A stretch of 64,000 bases of DNA from Alphaproteobacteria bacterium. Its GTDB lineage: Bacteria; Pseudomonadota; Alphaproteobacteria; Rs-D84; SZUA-605. This document shows positions 48,790 through 59,210 of this stretch, piece by piece. A program made the translations under genes and the position numbers. The stretch covers positions 192,001-256,000 of the forward strand of contig JAVBPW010000001.1 in assembly GCA_031549385.1 (NCBI GenBank), read 5' to 3'. The number at the start of each line of letters is the position of its first letter. The first letter of the stretch is position 1. The notes under the pieces were generated by a model. That model saw only the letters and a list, made by a program, of their open reading frames with translations. It was not told the origin of the DNA and ran no database searches.

Positions 48790-49680
48790 ATGTTCTTTGT
48801 TGATATAGGCTCTTCTACTATTAAAGTTTATCGTTTATTAAACGAAGCACTTGAACATATTCATGAAAGAACTATTCCTTTTAAAAGTGAATTTGATAAA
48901 GATTCCGGTATTTCACCAGAAAACTATAATGCTATAATTAATTATTTTAATGAACTAAAAGTTAAATATGGAGTTAACTCTGAAAATACTTCTTTGTATG
49001 CTACTGGAATATGGAGAGAGTTTAGCATTAATGCTTTAGAAGAATTTAAAAAAAATTTCAAAAAAGATACTGGATTAAATTTTAATATTATAACACATCA
49101 ACAAGAAGCTGATTATTTAAAGAAAGCTAATGAAGGTGATTATAATGGTAAAAAAGTTTTAATTATTAATACTGGTGGAAAGACTACTGAATTTGTTACT
49201 ATTGAAAATGGAAAAACTATTGAGATAAAAATTTCAAATATTGGTATTGCTGATATGCTTAATAAATTTCCTAATGTTGATGATGGATATGCTCCAGCTT
49301 CTTTAAAAGACATGATGGAATTTGCTGATGGACTTATAAAAGATATTGAATTCGAAAAAGATTATAACACTGCTATATTTCGTGAATTAGACTTTCAAAG
49401 AAATGCAGGATATTTATTAGAAGAAAATAAACTGTTTGAAGATTCTAACCATCCTTTAATGATTAGCATGGATAATTTAGAAAAAAGTGTAGAGAGAATT
49501 TTTACAGGTTTTACATTAGCAGAATTATATACCCAGCGACCTCATAATCCTTCATGGATGGATGGCGCAAGACATTTTGCAGCATTATCACTTGCTTTAC
49601 TTAAAAAAATTGGAGTTGAATTTGCAGTACCGTCTAATTTAAATCTTATTAATGGGGTTGTGAAAACTCTTGATAATTAA
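48790..49680 (+). CDS. Divergent Ppx/GppA-like (ASKHA fold) phosphatase
   Basis: VDIGSSTIK, YATG.WR, II...QEA.YL and INTGGKTTE match the Ppx/GppA motif order. Confidence 0.7.
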   Translation: MFFVDIGSSTIKVYRLLNEALEHIHERTIPFKSEFDKDSGISPENYNAIINYFNELKVKYGVNSENTSLYATGIWREFSINALEEFKKNFKKDTGLNFNIITHQQEADYLKKANEGDYNGKKVLIINTGGKTTEFVTIENGKTIEIKISNIGIADMLNKFPNVDDGYAPASLKDMMEFADGLIKDIEFEKDYNTAIFRELDFQRNAGYLLEENKLFEDSNHPLMISMDNLEKSVERIFTGFTLAELYTQRPHNPSWMDGARHFAALSLALLKKIGVEFAVPSNLNLINGVVKTLDN

Positions 49681-49704
49681 AAATTAAAATTTATAGTTAA
49701 GATT

Positions 49705-50325
49705 ATGAATGAAATAGATTTTTTAATTAATAACTATCAACCATTTGATGAGCTTGAAAAAGAGCATCTTGATGAATTACGTAATTTTGTAAAGTCTTCA
49801 AAAGATATTTATAAAAGATCATTTAATGGAGAGCCTAACATTACCGCATCATGTATAGTTGTTAATGAAGATTTTAGTAAAGTTCTTGTTATGCATCATA
49901 TTTTTCATAACTTTTATAAACAATTTGGCGGGCATCTTGAAGGAAATTCTAATTTAGCAGAAGTTGCTAAACAAGAATTGGAAGAAGAAGCTGGCGTTAA
50001 GGGAAAATTACTTAGTGAAAGGCCGTTAGATTTTGTTTTATGGAATTGTCCTGAAAGAATAAAGGGAGATATTAAAATTCCTCCTCATAAGATTTATGAT
50101 GTTGCATTTTTATTTCAAATAGATGAAAAGCAAAAAACACAAGTAGCTATAGGAGAAGGTTTTGATATTAAGTGGATTGATATTAATCAATGGAGAGATA
50201 TGGAATTTGATCCAAAATCTCCTGTAATTAAAAATAATCCTCATAATTCTCATTATAATAAGAGAATTTTTAATAAGGTTTCTATGATTAAAGGACTGCT
50301 TGAAAAACAAAAAGAACGTGAATAA
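49705..50325 (+). CDS. Nudix hydrolase
   Basis: ITAS.IVVN...KVL..HH and Nudix box GGHLE...A.QELEEEAG. Confidence 0.85.
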   Translation: MNEIDFLINNYQPFDELEKEHLDELRNFVKSSKDIYKRSFNGEPNITASCIVVNEDFSKVLVMHHIFHNFYKQFGGHLEGNSNLAEVAKQELEEEAGVKGKLLSERPLDFVLWNCPERIKGDIKIPPHKIYDVAFLFQIDEKQKTQVAIGEGFDIKWIDINQWRDMEFDPKSPVIKNNPHNSHYNKRIFNKVSMIKGLLEKQKERE

Positions 50326-50402
50326 TCTAAAATTCTTGTTTTTCTAGATTATTATATTATATAATATCCTATATGGGGATAATAAATTAAAAAAGGAGAT
50401 TT

Positions 50403-50588
50403 TTGATGTACAATTTATTTTTGTTTATATTATTTTTAATTATATGGATATTTCAAGGAATTAATATGGCACTTATGGTGCTTGGTTCAATCACATTAGT
50501 TTGGTTGATAATTACTGTGTCTATTACTCTTTATGGACTATTTGCATTATATATATTGAAGAAAAATATGGATAAGTTTAACAAATAG
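50403..50588 (+). CDS. Small hypothetical membrane protein
   Basis: RBS AGGAG, two hydrophobic segments, terminator at 50609-50634. Confidence 0.6.
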   Translation: MMYNLFLFILFLIIWIFQGINMALMVLGSITLVWLIITVSITLYGLFALYILKKNMDKFNK

Positions 50589-50678
50589 TTAAAAATAAGA
50601 AAAAATTTAAAAGGAGCTTGAAAAAGTTCCTTTTATTATTTTATTGAAAATTTCAGCTTTAAAACATATATTGAGGCA

Positions 50679-52520
50679 ATGATAAAAAAATATGATTGCA
50701 TTGTTGTTGGTGGTGGACACGCTGGAATTGAAGCAGCGTGTGCTTGCTCACGAACTGGTGCAAAGACCCTTCTTATTACCTATAAAATAGATGATATTGG
50801 TGTTATGTCTTGTAATCCTTCTATTGGTGGACTTGGAAAGGGGCATATAGTTCGTGAAATTGATGCTTTGGGTGGAATTATGGGACGAGCTATTGATGCT
50901 GCTGGAATTCACTTTAGAATGCTTAATGCATCAAAAGGAAAAGCTGTTGAAGGAAATAGAGCTCAAGCAGATAGAGATTTATACAAGCAAAATGCTTTAA
51001 AATTTTTAAAAGAAAATAATAATTTAGATTTAATGGAAGATGAAGTAATTGATATTTTAAATGAAAATAATCAAATTACCGGTGTTTTAACAAAGAATAA
51101 TGGGCAAATAGATGCTAATTCAGTAGTTATGACTACAGGAACATTCTTAAATGGAATTATGCACTGTGGAGATATAAAAACAGAAGGTGGAAGAATTGGT
51201 GACGCTGCTTGTACTACATTAAGTTTAGTTCTTAAAAGATTAGGCTTTGAATTAAAGAGATTGAAAACTGGAACACCTGCTCGACTTTCTTTAAAATCGT
51301 TAGATTTATCTAAAACAGAAATTCAAGAATCTGATAATCCTGCTGTTCCTTTTTCTTATCTTAATAAAGAAATTGGGAAAAGAGAGTTTATTAATTGCTA
51401 CATAACTCATACAAATCAATGTACTCATGACATTATAAAATGTAATGTAGATCGTTCACCATTGTTTAATGGACAGATTGAAGGTATTGGACCTCGATAT
51501 TGTCCTTCTATTGAAGATAAGATTGTTAAGTTTCCTCATCATGAAACTCATCATGTGTTCTTAGAACCAGAAGGAGTTAATAGCGATGTTGTTTATCCTA
51601 ATGGGATTTCTACATCATTACCTCAAGATGTGCAGGAAAAACTAATCAGAAGCATTAAAGGTTGTGAAAACGCAAAAATATTACAATGGGGATATGCTAT
51701 TGAATATGATTGTATTGATGCAAGAGTTTTAAAACATACATTGGAATCTAAAGATATTAATGGACTTTTCTTTGCTGGACAAATTAATGGAAGCTCTGGA
51801 TATGAAGAAGCTGCAGGACAAGGAATTGTTGCTGGAATTAATGCTGGATTAAAAGCTCAAGGATGTAAAGAAGAATTTATATTATCACGAGCTGAATCTA
51901 TGATTGGTGTTTTAATTGATGATATTACTTTAAATGGTGTTGATGAACCTTATAGAATATTTACAGCAAGGGCTGAATTTAGATTGTTAATTAGATCTGA
52001 TAATGCTGATTTGAGATTAACTCCTTATGCTATTAAACTTGATATTGTTGATGAAAAACGAAAAAAAATATTTGAAGAAAAGTTTAAAAACTTAACAGAA
52101 TACCGTAAATTATTTGATAATACTTATTTTACTAAAAAAGATTTTATTCGTATTGGTATTGAAAATAGCTGGGAAAGAAAAAGTGTTTCTGAAATATTAA
52201 AAGATGAAAATTACAATAGTATTCTTTCTCAACTTTATGATAGATGGAATAATCTTGATAAAGATATTATTGAAACTTTGCGAATCGAAAATATTTACTC
52301 TGGATATATTGAAAGAGCAAAGAAAGATATTGATACTATGAAGAAAGATGAAGATTTGAAAATTCGTGATGATATTAATTATGACGAGATTCAATCTTTA
52401 ACAAATGAATTACGTCAAAAACTAAAAAAAGTTAGACCTGCAAATATTTTACAGGCTAGCAAAATTAATGGTATGACACCTGCTGGAATTATTGCATTAC
52501 TTCGTTATATTAAAAAGTAG
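50679..52520 (+). CDS. mnmG: tRNA uridine 5-carboxymethylaminomethyl modification enzyme
   Basis: VGGGHAG.EAA, MSCNPSIGG.GKG, RLKTGTP, GPRYCPSIEDK, GYAIEYD, AGQING..GYEEAA. Confidence 0.98.
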   Translation: MIKKYDCIVVGGGHAGIEAACACSRTGAKTLLITYKIDDIGVMSCNPSIGGLGKGHIVREIDALGGIMGRAIDAAGIHFRMLNASKGKAVEGNRAQADRDLYKQNALKFLKENNNLDLMEDEVIDILNENNQITGVLTKNNGQIDANSVVMTTGTFLNGIMHCGDIKTEGGRIGDAACTTLSLVLKRLGFELKRLKTGTPARLSLKSLDLSKTEIQESDNPAVPFSYLNKEIGKREFINCYITHTNQCTHDIIKCNVDRSPLFNGQIEGIGPRYCPSIEDKIVKFPHHETHHVFLEPEGVNSDVVYPNGISTSLPQDVQEKLIRSIKGCENAKILQWGYAIEYDCIDARVLKHTLESKDINGLFFAGQINGSSGYEEAAGQGIVAGINAGLKAQGCKEEFILSRAESMIGVLIDDITLNGVDEPYRIFTARAEFRLLIRSDNADLRLTPYAIKLDIVDEKRKKIFEEKFKNLTEYRKLFDNTYFTKKDFIRIGIENSWERKSVSEILKDENYNSILSQLYDRWNNLDKDIIETLRIENIYSGYIERAKKDIDTMKKDEDLKIRDDINYDEIQSLTNELRQKLKKVRPANILQASKINGMTPAGIIALLRYIKK

Positions 52521-54177
52521 AAATTTGGCATAAAGAAATTCTGAATTCTGATAAATTATCAGGACATCTTAATGGAGTTCTTGATATTATTCTTTTTGTA
52601 TTTGATTTTGCTATTGGAAAATAAATATAGTTAAACATTACTTCTTTGTCTATTAATTGCACTCTTATTTTATAATCATTAAAGGTTGTTGATAAATCTA
52701 AATCGTCTATTAATGCTTGAATTTCTGTTAAATTAAATCTTGCATAGTTCTTATTTGCATATGGTGCAAAATAGTTTGTAAAATCTTGTTTGCTGTATGG
52801 GGAAAATTCAAAATCTGCAAAGGTCATTTCATAATCATAACTTGATAACTTTCTTTGAAAATCTTGTGCATCAACTGATACTAATTTTAATGTTACTCCA
52901 AGTGATTTTAAATTTTCTTGTAAAACTGTTGCATAATTTACTTGATCTTCATCGTCTTTGTTTACTAATAAACTAATTGTAAATGTAGAATCATTTCTTT
53001 TCAAAACGCCATCTTTAAATGTATACCCATTATCTTTTAAAATAGAAATTCCTTTATGTATTTGAACAAGTTGATCTTTGGAACTTTTGGCTTCAAATAA
53101 AGCTCTTCTGCTTAAATACATATTTTTATCTGCAAATCTTTTGTAAAATAAAAAGTCTTGTTTTTCAAAAATATTAAAATTAAAACCTTGATATTTTGCT
53201 TCTTCAAAAAGGCTTGATTGAGTTACTGGAATTATCCCTGAAAATATAAGCAAGAACCCTTGTCTTATGTCTTTATTTTTAAATGTATCTTTTGTTGTGT
53301 TTAAAAAGATTCCAAATATATCTTCTTTATTAATTTTTATAGTTTTACTTTCTGGAGCTTTATTAGTTACTATATGGTCTAGCGATACGTCTATTTGATT
53401 TGTTTCAAAGGCATTTCTTAATTCATTTTTATTGTTGTATGAATTAATATGTATTTCAGTAAAGTTATTATAACCTGTATTGCTTGGCAATGTTGCATTA
53501 AAATAATATCCATTTTTTTGTAATACTGCTGATTTTAAATTACCATTAGATAATACATATGGACCTGAAAAGGCTATATCTTTTGTTCTTGAAATACCAG
53601 CACTGCCCCAAGTCTTTTTTGATAATACCGGCAATTGAGTCAAAAATAGTATTGTATCTATACCTTTTTTACTCAATTCAAAACGTATTGTTTTTGGACT
53701 CTTAACTCTAACACTGGAAATAGTTTGAAGAATCTTTCTTATTTGTTGGCTGCCATTTTTTAAAAAATAGTTAAATGAAAATTCTATATCTTCTGCTGTA
53801 ATTTTTGAATTGTCAGAAAAACGAGCGTAATCGTTTAAATCAAATTCTACCCAATTTCTTATATTATCGAATCTTGCAGAGGTGGCTATTAATGGTTTAT
53901 ACTCAACTGAATTTGATAAGTCTTTTTTAAACAAAGTATCATGTAATAAATATGGTTCATAAATACTTTGATAATCTGTTAGAGGTAATAAAGTTTCTGG
54001 CTTTGAAATTAAACCTATACTTATTGTTGAAAGCTTTTGTGTTGAAGATGAAATTACATAATTAAATGATTTTGCCTTACCAGATGTATTTTCAAATTTT
54101 CCAAGTTGATTGTATTCTTGGCCAAAAGCAGAATAACAAAATAAAAAACTGAATAAAAATACTTTAAATAAGTTCAT
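52510..54177 (-). CDS. ABC transporter substrate-binding protein, family 5 (YejA-like), orphan
   Basis: Signal peptide, ARFSD...ITAED..FSF, SGPY, FLNT...F....IRQ. Confidence 0.75.
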   Translation of the reverse strand: MNLFKVFLFSFLFCYSAFGQEYNQLGKFENTSGKAKSFNYVISSSTQKLSTISIGLISKPETLLPLTDYQSIYEPYLLHDTLFKKDLSNSVEYKPLIATSARFDNIRNWVEFDLNDYARFSDNSKITAEDIEFSFNYFLKNGSQQIRKILQTISSVRVKSPKTIRFELSKKGIDTILFLTQLPVLSKKTWGSAGISRTKDIAFSGPYVLSNGNLKSAVLQKNGYYFNATLPSNTGYNNFTEIHINSYNNKNELRNAFETNQIDVSLDHIVTNKAPESKTIKINKEDIFGIFLNTTKDTFKNKDIRQGFLLIFSGIIPVTQSSLFEEAKYQGFNFNIFEKQDFLFYKRFADKNMYLSRRALFEAKSSKDQLVQIHKGISILKDNGYTFKDGVLKRNDSTFTISLLVNKDDEDQVNYATVLQENLKSLGVTLKLVSVDAQDFQRKLSSYDYEMTFADFEFSPYSKQDFTNYFAPYANKNYARFNLTEIQALIDDLDLSTTFNDYKIRVQLIDKEVMFNYIYFPIAKSNTKRIISRTPLRCPDNLSEFRISLCQISTF

Positions 54178-55066
54178 CCATTATATCCTGATATCTTGGG
54201 TTAAGTATTTCAATGTAAAATTCATTTATTGAATCTTTTAAATATTTATCACCTAATGCTTCAGCTTTTTGTTGTATTAAATTTGTTTCTAATTGTTCTT
54301 TTAGCTTTTCATCTTCTGACTTTGAAGGATATGTTCTTGAACATATAAAGAATATTGCTTGGCCTACTTCAGTTTTATGTGGAGGTAATACCTTTCCAGT
54401 TGGAGTGTTTTTTAACATTGTTGCTACATCTTTATCCATTTGGTTCAAATTTACTTTTCCAATATTTCCGCTTCCTGGATGACCCATTTCTTCAGCTGCT
54501 TTATTAAACTCAGCGCAACTTTTAGTGTCTTTTATTGTATCATAAATTTGTAAAGCATGTTCTTCTGTATCTGTTACTATTTGGCTTAAATTAATAGATG
54601 ATCCTGGATGAGCTCCGCTCTTTTTTAATTGTTCTAAGAAATCATTTACTTCTGAATCTGTAATGTTTGCTTTTGGTCCAAATCTTCCATTAACAAATCT
54701 TGCCCACATGATTTGTGTTTTTAAATTTCTATCGTATACTTTTTCATTGAATGGAAGGTCTACTTTTTTTCCTTGGAAAATTCTGTTTTTTGTTTCTTTT
54801 AAATCTGCTTGAGAAACTGCTACTCCATTTTTTGAAGCCATTTGATCTTTCATAGACATAATCATTAATTCATATAAAGCCATTTTTCTTACCTCAGCAT
54901 CTGATTTGCCTTGGGTTGCTGGATTGATGTATCTTAACATACTTGCATATTGCCTTACATCAACGTCTGAAATAATTTCTTTATTAACTTTTGCTAAAAT
55001 TTCTACTGAATATGCAGAATAGCTATATAATGTTACCATCAAAAATAATATAATTCTTTTTACCAT
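54164..55066 (-). CDS. surA: SurA-like chaperone/PPIase
   Basis: ILAKVN..IIS..DV, parvulin-like G.IG...G.V..P; follows lptD. Confidence 0.75.
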   Translation of the reverse strand: MVKRIILFLMVTLYSYSAYSVEILAKVNKEIISDVDVRQYASMLRYINPATQGKSDAEVRKMALYELMIMSMKDQMASKNGVAVSQADLKETKNRIFQGKKVDLPFNEKVYDRNLKTQIMWARFVNGRFGPKANITDSEVNDFLEQLKKSGAHPGSSINLSQIVTDTEEHALQIYDTIKDTKSCAEFNKAAEEMGHPGSGNIGKVNLNQMDKDVATMLKNTPTGKVLPPHKTEVGQAIFFICSRTYPSKSEDEKLKEQLETNLIQQKAEALGDKYLKDSINEFYIEILNPRYQDIMDELI

Positions 55067-57198
55067 GCGTTCTTCTTCTCTAAGTTTTCAAATCCCTCAC
55101 CGATACCAAATGTTCCAAGTGTCTTTAGTGATATATGTACTGCTATACTTTCTTGTCCTTGGTAGTCTCTATCAGAAACATATTCTCTTTTTGCTCCAAT
55201 GTCAATTTTAAAACAATCTACCTCAAATATAAAGCCGCCACCTATTTCACGTTGTTCGCCTGCTGCTATATCATATCGGTCTAATAAATAGAATGCAACC
55301 TTTCTGAAAGGACGAACATAAATTCGTCCGTAAATTTCTTGTCGCTTTTCTTCTAATGAATTTGGCTCTTTGTCATATATATAATCAGCACGGAAATTTA
55401 TGTCATCATTTCCTGCAACCATATTGAATTCATTACGAGAAAATGAAAAATCTTTATTGTCTGCTAAAAACTTATAATTAAATCGGATATATTCTGATGG
55501 ATAAAAGAATATAGATCCTACATAGTCTGATTGGTGATCGTATGAGGCTACATCTGTATATGCTGTAGAATTATCTGAAAGATTATATGTTTGACCTAAG
55601 AAGGTGTTAATCTTTCCAAAAGTTTTACCAAAAATATTCCACCAAACACCGTAATTAAGTCTGTTTCCTGCTTCTACTCGGTCATATCCTTCAAATCTGT
55701 TTAATGAGAACACATTTGATGAATCAAAAACAAATGAATTAGAATCCCAATTTGGAATTCCTGTGTAATCTCTATTAGGAGAGGATACAAGTTGAACCAT
55801 TGGGTCTATGATTTGATAGAAATTTTGGGAGTGTTTATAAAATGGCATGTGTACTTTTACAGATGTTATAGGAGTTGTTCTTGAAGAAAACGCATCCTTA
55901 ACTCGACCATCGTCTGTTACAACATTTGAAAGGTAATATAAGTCTTCTCTTAACTTAACTTCAAAATCTAACATAAGACCAAAACGTGTTATGTATGGAT
56001 ATAAAAAAGATAATTCTCCTGAAAATCTTTGTGATGATTGATCATCTTGAAAGTATAATGAAGCTGTGTCTACTGCTATTGTAAAATATGCTCCATTAGA
56101 AAATGGTTCAAACTTTCTTAAATAATTTACAGCTGGAAGAACAAGAGGAATTTGATCCCCTGTTGTTGTTAGTTCATCATTTCTCATGTCATGAAATTGA
56201 TACATATAAATAGAAAAATAATTTCTATTAGATAATCCTTCTAACTTTATGGTTGATCTTAAATAAGCTTCATTTGATATGTCATACTTTCTTAAGAATG
56301 TATCATCTGATGCGTATTGGATATCAATTAATCCACGCCAAATATCATCTATATAAACATCATTTTTTGAAAACAAGTATCCTCTGTCATCATAATTAGA
56401 ATCTGTTGCGGTGTAGGCTCCTTTAGATTGACTTTTTATATGTGACGTATTTTGTTTATAAGATGCTGCATATAATACTCCCTCTTTTGATGTTATTTTT
56501 GGAGAAAGAATTAATTCAGAATATGGGGACCATGTTATGTAATATGGAATATCTAAAGTAGCGCCTAAATCTTTACTTGTTCCAAACGTTGGAACTAAAA
56601 ATCCTGACTCTCTTTTTGAAACTATATCAGGGTGTGAAAAAACTGGAATATAAAAAACTGGAATATCATAAAACCAAAATACTGCATTTTGATATTTTAA
56701 TTTTGTGTCAGTTCGTATTACTTTATTGGCTGTTATTTCCCATGTTGTTGGACACTTACTTCTGTCACAAGCGGTATATGAAATATTTCTTAATACCATA
56801 TTACCATCTTCTTTGTATGAAGATTCTGCTATTAATGACGCTTCTGAGATGTCTATTTGAATTTGGTTAACTCTCATAGAGTCTATTTTTTCATCAAATA
56901 TTACTGAGTCTATATTTAACTTTTCACCTGATGCTTTGTTTATTGTTACACCTTTATCTGCATAAAACTCTTGGCGTTTTGTATTGTATTCAAATTCTGG
57001 AGCTGACAAAGTTGATTTACCTTGGTTTGCTTTTACACCACCTACAGCTGTTATTACTCCGGTGTTTGAGTCATAAATTGCTTCATCTGCTGAAAAATTA
57101 ATTGGCAAAGCATCATTTGCTTTAGTTTGGGCATCACTGCTTTGTGCAAAACTTTGAAAACAAGAAAAGATTACAAATAAAGAAACTAGATATTTCAT
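55060..57198 (-). CDS. lptD: LPS assembly protein LptD
   Basis: SAD...YD, YTAC...TW.I.A, PVFY.P...P...RESGFLVP, PYY, FSLNRF.GYDRVE.G.RLNYG, C-terminal LKTLG. Confidence 0.93.
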   Translation of the reverse strand: MKYLVSLFVIFSCFQSFAQSSDAQTKANDALPINFSADEAIYDSNTGVITAVGGVKANQGKSTLSAPEFEYNTKRQEFYADKGVTINKASGEKLNIDSVIFDEKIDSMRVNQIQIDISEASLIAESSYKEDGNMVLRNISYTACDRSKCPTTWEITANKVIRTDTKLKYQNAVFWFYDIPVFYIPVFSHPDIVSKRESGFLVPTFGTSKDLGATLDIPYYITWSPYSELILSPKITSKEGVLYAASYKQNTSHIKSQSKGAYTATDSNYDDRGYLFSKNDVYIDDIWRGLIDIQYASDDTFLRKYDISNEAYLRSTIKLEGLSNRNYFSIYMYQFHDMRNDELTTTGDQIPLVLPAVNYLRKFEPFSNGAYFTIAVDTASLYFQDDQSSQRFSGELSFLYPYITRFGLMLDFEVKLREDLYYLSNVVTDDGRVKDAFSSRTTPITSVKVHMPFYKHSQNFYQIIDPMVQLVSSPNRDYTGIPNWDSNSFVFDSSNVFSLNRFEGYDRVEAGNRLNYGVWWNIFGKTFGKINTFLGQTYNLSDNSTAYTDVASYDHQSDYVGSIFFYPSEYIRFNYKFLADNKDFSFSRNEFNMVAGNDDINFRADYIYDKEPNSLEEKRQEIYGRIYVRPFRKVAFYLLDRYDIAAGEQREIGGGFIFEVDCFKIDIGAKREYVSDRDYQGQESIAVHISLKTLGTFGIGEGFENLEKKNAW

Positions 57199-58346
57199 TT
57201 CTTTTTTTCCTTGATTGGTTTTGCTTTAGAATTGTCAAAGAAGAAAGTAAATACCAAAATTGAAATAATAACAAAATACATTAAATACAAAGCCCAAATA
57301 TATCTTATATTCGTCTCAAAAAAATTAAATGAGAAAATTAATAATGCTTCCATTGCTACAAACACAGATACTGCAATAAGAAGGGTTTTATTTTTTCCAC
57401 GGCCTGTTAAAGATGATGCAAAAATTCCTATTAAAGCAATAAATGCAAAAATCACATGAAATAGTGGTGATAATAATCTTTTATGAGCTTCTATTCTAAA
57501 TGAGGCTTCTTTCTTTTTATTTCCATCAGCTTCTTTGTGAGTGAAATTTTCTATCAGACCTAATTCTTTTGGATTTACTTTTCTTGAAAGTTGCTGTTCC
57601 ATTAAACCTAAATTAACACTATATTCTTCAAAATATCCAAATGTATATTTTCCTTCTTGACTCTTTTCTTGAATGCTTCCCATTGTTAGAGCTATAGTCA
57701 AACCATTGTTAGTTTGAACTAACATTCCTTTTCTTGCAAATACTGCAAGCTGATGTTTTTTATTTCTGTTATCAAAAATAATTATATTGTAGAGAGCATT
57801 GTCTGAACTACGTTCTACATAGATTGTTAAATTTTCTTGTATTTGAGTAAACTTATCTTCTTGAATTACTAAGTTAGATAAATCGTTTCTTATGTTCCAT
57901 TGGAAATTTTTAAATTTAACAGCCGATACTGGCTCCAAATACAAAGTTGAAAAGTATGAAAATATAGTAAGTATAGTCATGCAAATTAAAACAGGTTTTG
58001 CAAGTGTATAACGAGATGCACCTGAAGCTGTCATTACTACAAATTCTCTGTCTTGAATTAACTTGTTATACATGAAGATTAAAATTGCAAAAAAAGCTAT
58101 TGGAAGAACAAGGTTTATAATCTGCGGAAGAAGCAAAGATGTGAAGACCATAAATGATGAAAATGAAAGACCTCTTTCAAGAACATATTTTAAGAGTTTT
58201 AATATCTGGGTTAACCAAGCAATTGCTGCCAGAACTGTTGTTACAACAAAAACACCCAGTAATAGTTGTTTCAACACATAACTGGTTAAGATTTTCATCT
58301 CAAAAAACTTCTGTATCCATAATCGGATTTGGTTTATTTTATCCAT
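57195..58346 (-). CDS. lptF: LptF/LptG family LPS export permease (LptF-like)
   Basis: Y...Q.L, WL.Q.L, LP....LPIA, L..DRE.VVM.ASG.S...L.KP, E.HKR. Confidence 0.85.
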   Translation of the reverse strand: MDKINQIRLWIQKFFEMKILTSYVLKQLLLGVFVVTTVLAAIAWLTQILKLLKYVLERGLSFSSFMVFTSLLLPQIINLVLPIAFFAILIFMYNKLIQDREFVVMTASGASRYTLAKPVLICMTILTIFSYFSTLYLEPVSAVKFKNFQWNIRNDLSNLVIQEDKFTQIQENLTIYVERSSDNALYNIIIFDNRNKKHQLAVFARKGMLVQTNNGLTIALTMGSIQEKSQEGKYTFGYFEEYSVNLGLMEQQLSRKVNPKELGLIENFTHKEADGNKKKEASFRIEAHKRLLSPLFHVIFAFIALIGIFASSLTGRGKNKTLLIAVSVFVAMEALLIFSFNFFETNIRYIWALYLMYFVIISILVFTFFFDNSKAKPIKEKKK

Positions 58347-58442
58347 ATTTTCTTCTGTAACTTTTCTAATATAATTATTTTATAGACTTTAATTCAAAAT
58401 GTCTATATATTAAATTCCAATTAATGAAAATTTGAGGATAAA

Positions 58443-59210
58443 ATGGAACCTATAGTTTTAGGAAAACTAACCGTTAAACTTGCTGATACGCCAGAGGAGC
58501 AAATGCAAGCTTATGAACTAATGAAAAGTGTCTTTGAAGAAGATAATAATACACCAAAAAATTCTGTGCAACTTGCTACTGACATAAAATCCTATAGTAT
58601 ATGTGATATATTAGTAGCAATTGATAATGATACAAAAAAAGTTGTTGCTACTTATAGATTGACTACACCAAAACATGTTAAAAAATTAGGAAAATTTTTT
58701 ACAGAAATTGAATATGAAATTGAGAATATCAAAAATTATAAAGATGGAAAAATATTAGAATTTTCTAGAGCATGTACTCATAAGGATTATAGAGATAATG
58801 TTACTATGATGACTTTGTGGAAAGGACTTGCTACTTATATTTTTGAAAATGATATTAAATTAATGTTTGGACTTCCATCACTTCATGGACTTAATCCAGA
58901 TGATTATAAAATGGCTTTATCTTATTTACACCATTATCATTTGGCGCCAAAAAATTTAGATGGAAAATGTTTACAAAATAATAAATATGATTATTTACCA
59001 AAAGAGAAGCTTGATAAAAAACAAGCTTATGAAGAAATGCCACCTCTTTTAAAGAGCTATGTTAGAATGGGGGCTTATATTGGTTCTGGACTTTTTATTG
59101 ATCCTGATTTTAATTCTATTGATTTATTATTAATTGTAGATTTTAATCATATAAACCCAGCTTATATGAAACACTTTTCAAGAGGACTTACAGATGATGA
59201 GAATGCTTAA
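58443..59210 (+). CDS. olsB: Ornithine N-acyltransferase OlsB-like GNAT
   Basis: VVATYRL, F..E.EY, LE.SR.C.H..YR, LWKG...Y, MFG..S, PPL.K.Y.R.GA.I......D.DFN..D. Confidence 0.8.
   Translation: MEPIVLGKLTVKLADTPEEQMQAYELMKSVFEEDNNTPKNSVQLATDIKSYSICDILVAIDNDTKKVVATYRLTTPKHVKKLGKFFTEIEYEIENIKNYKDGKILEFSRACTHKDYRDNVTMMTLWKGLATYIFENDIKLMFGLPSLHGLNPDDYKMALSYLHHYHLAPKNLDGKCLQNNKYDYLPKEKLDKKQAYEEMPPLLKSYVRMGAYIGSGLFIDPDFNSIDLLLIVDFNHINPAYMKHFSRGLTDDENA

Noticed and set aside
47276-50640. Integrative element at tRNA-Val
   Set aside because: No integrase, transposase or att-like direct repeat seen
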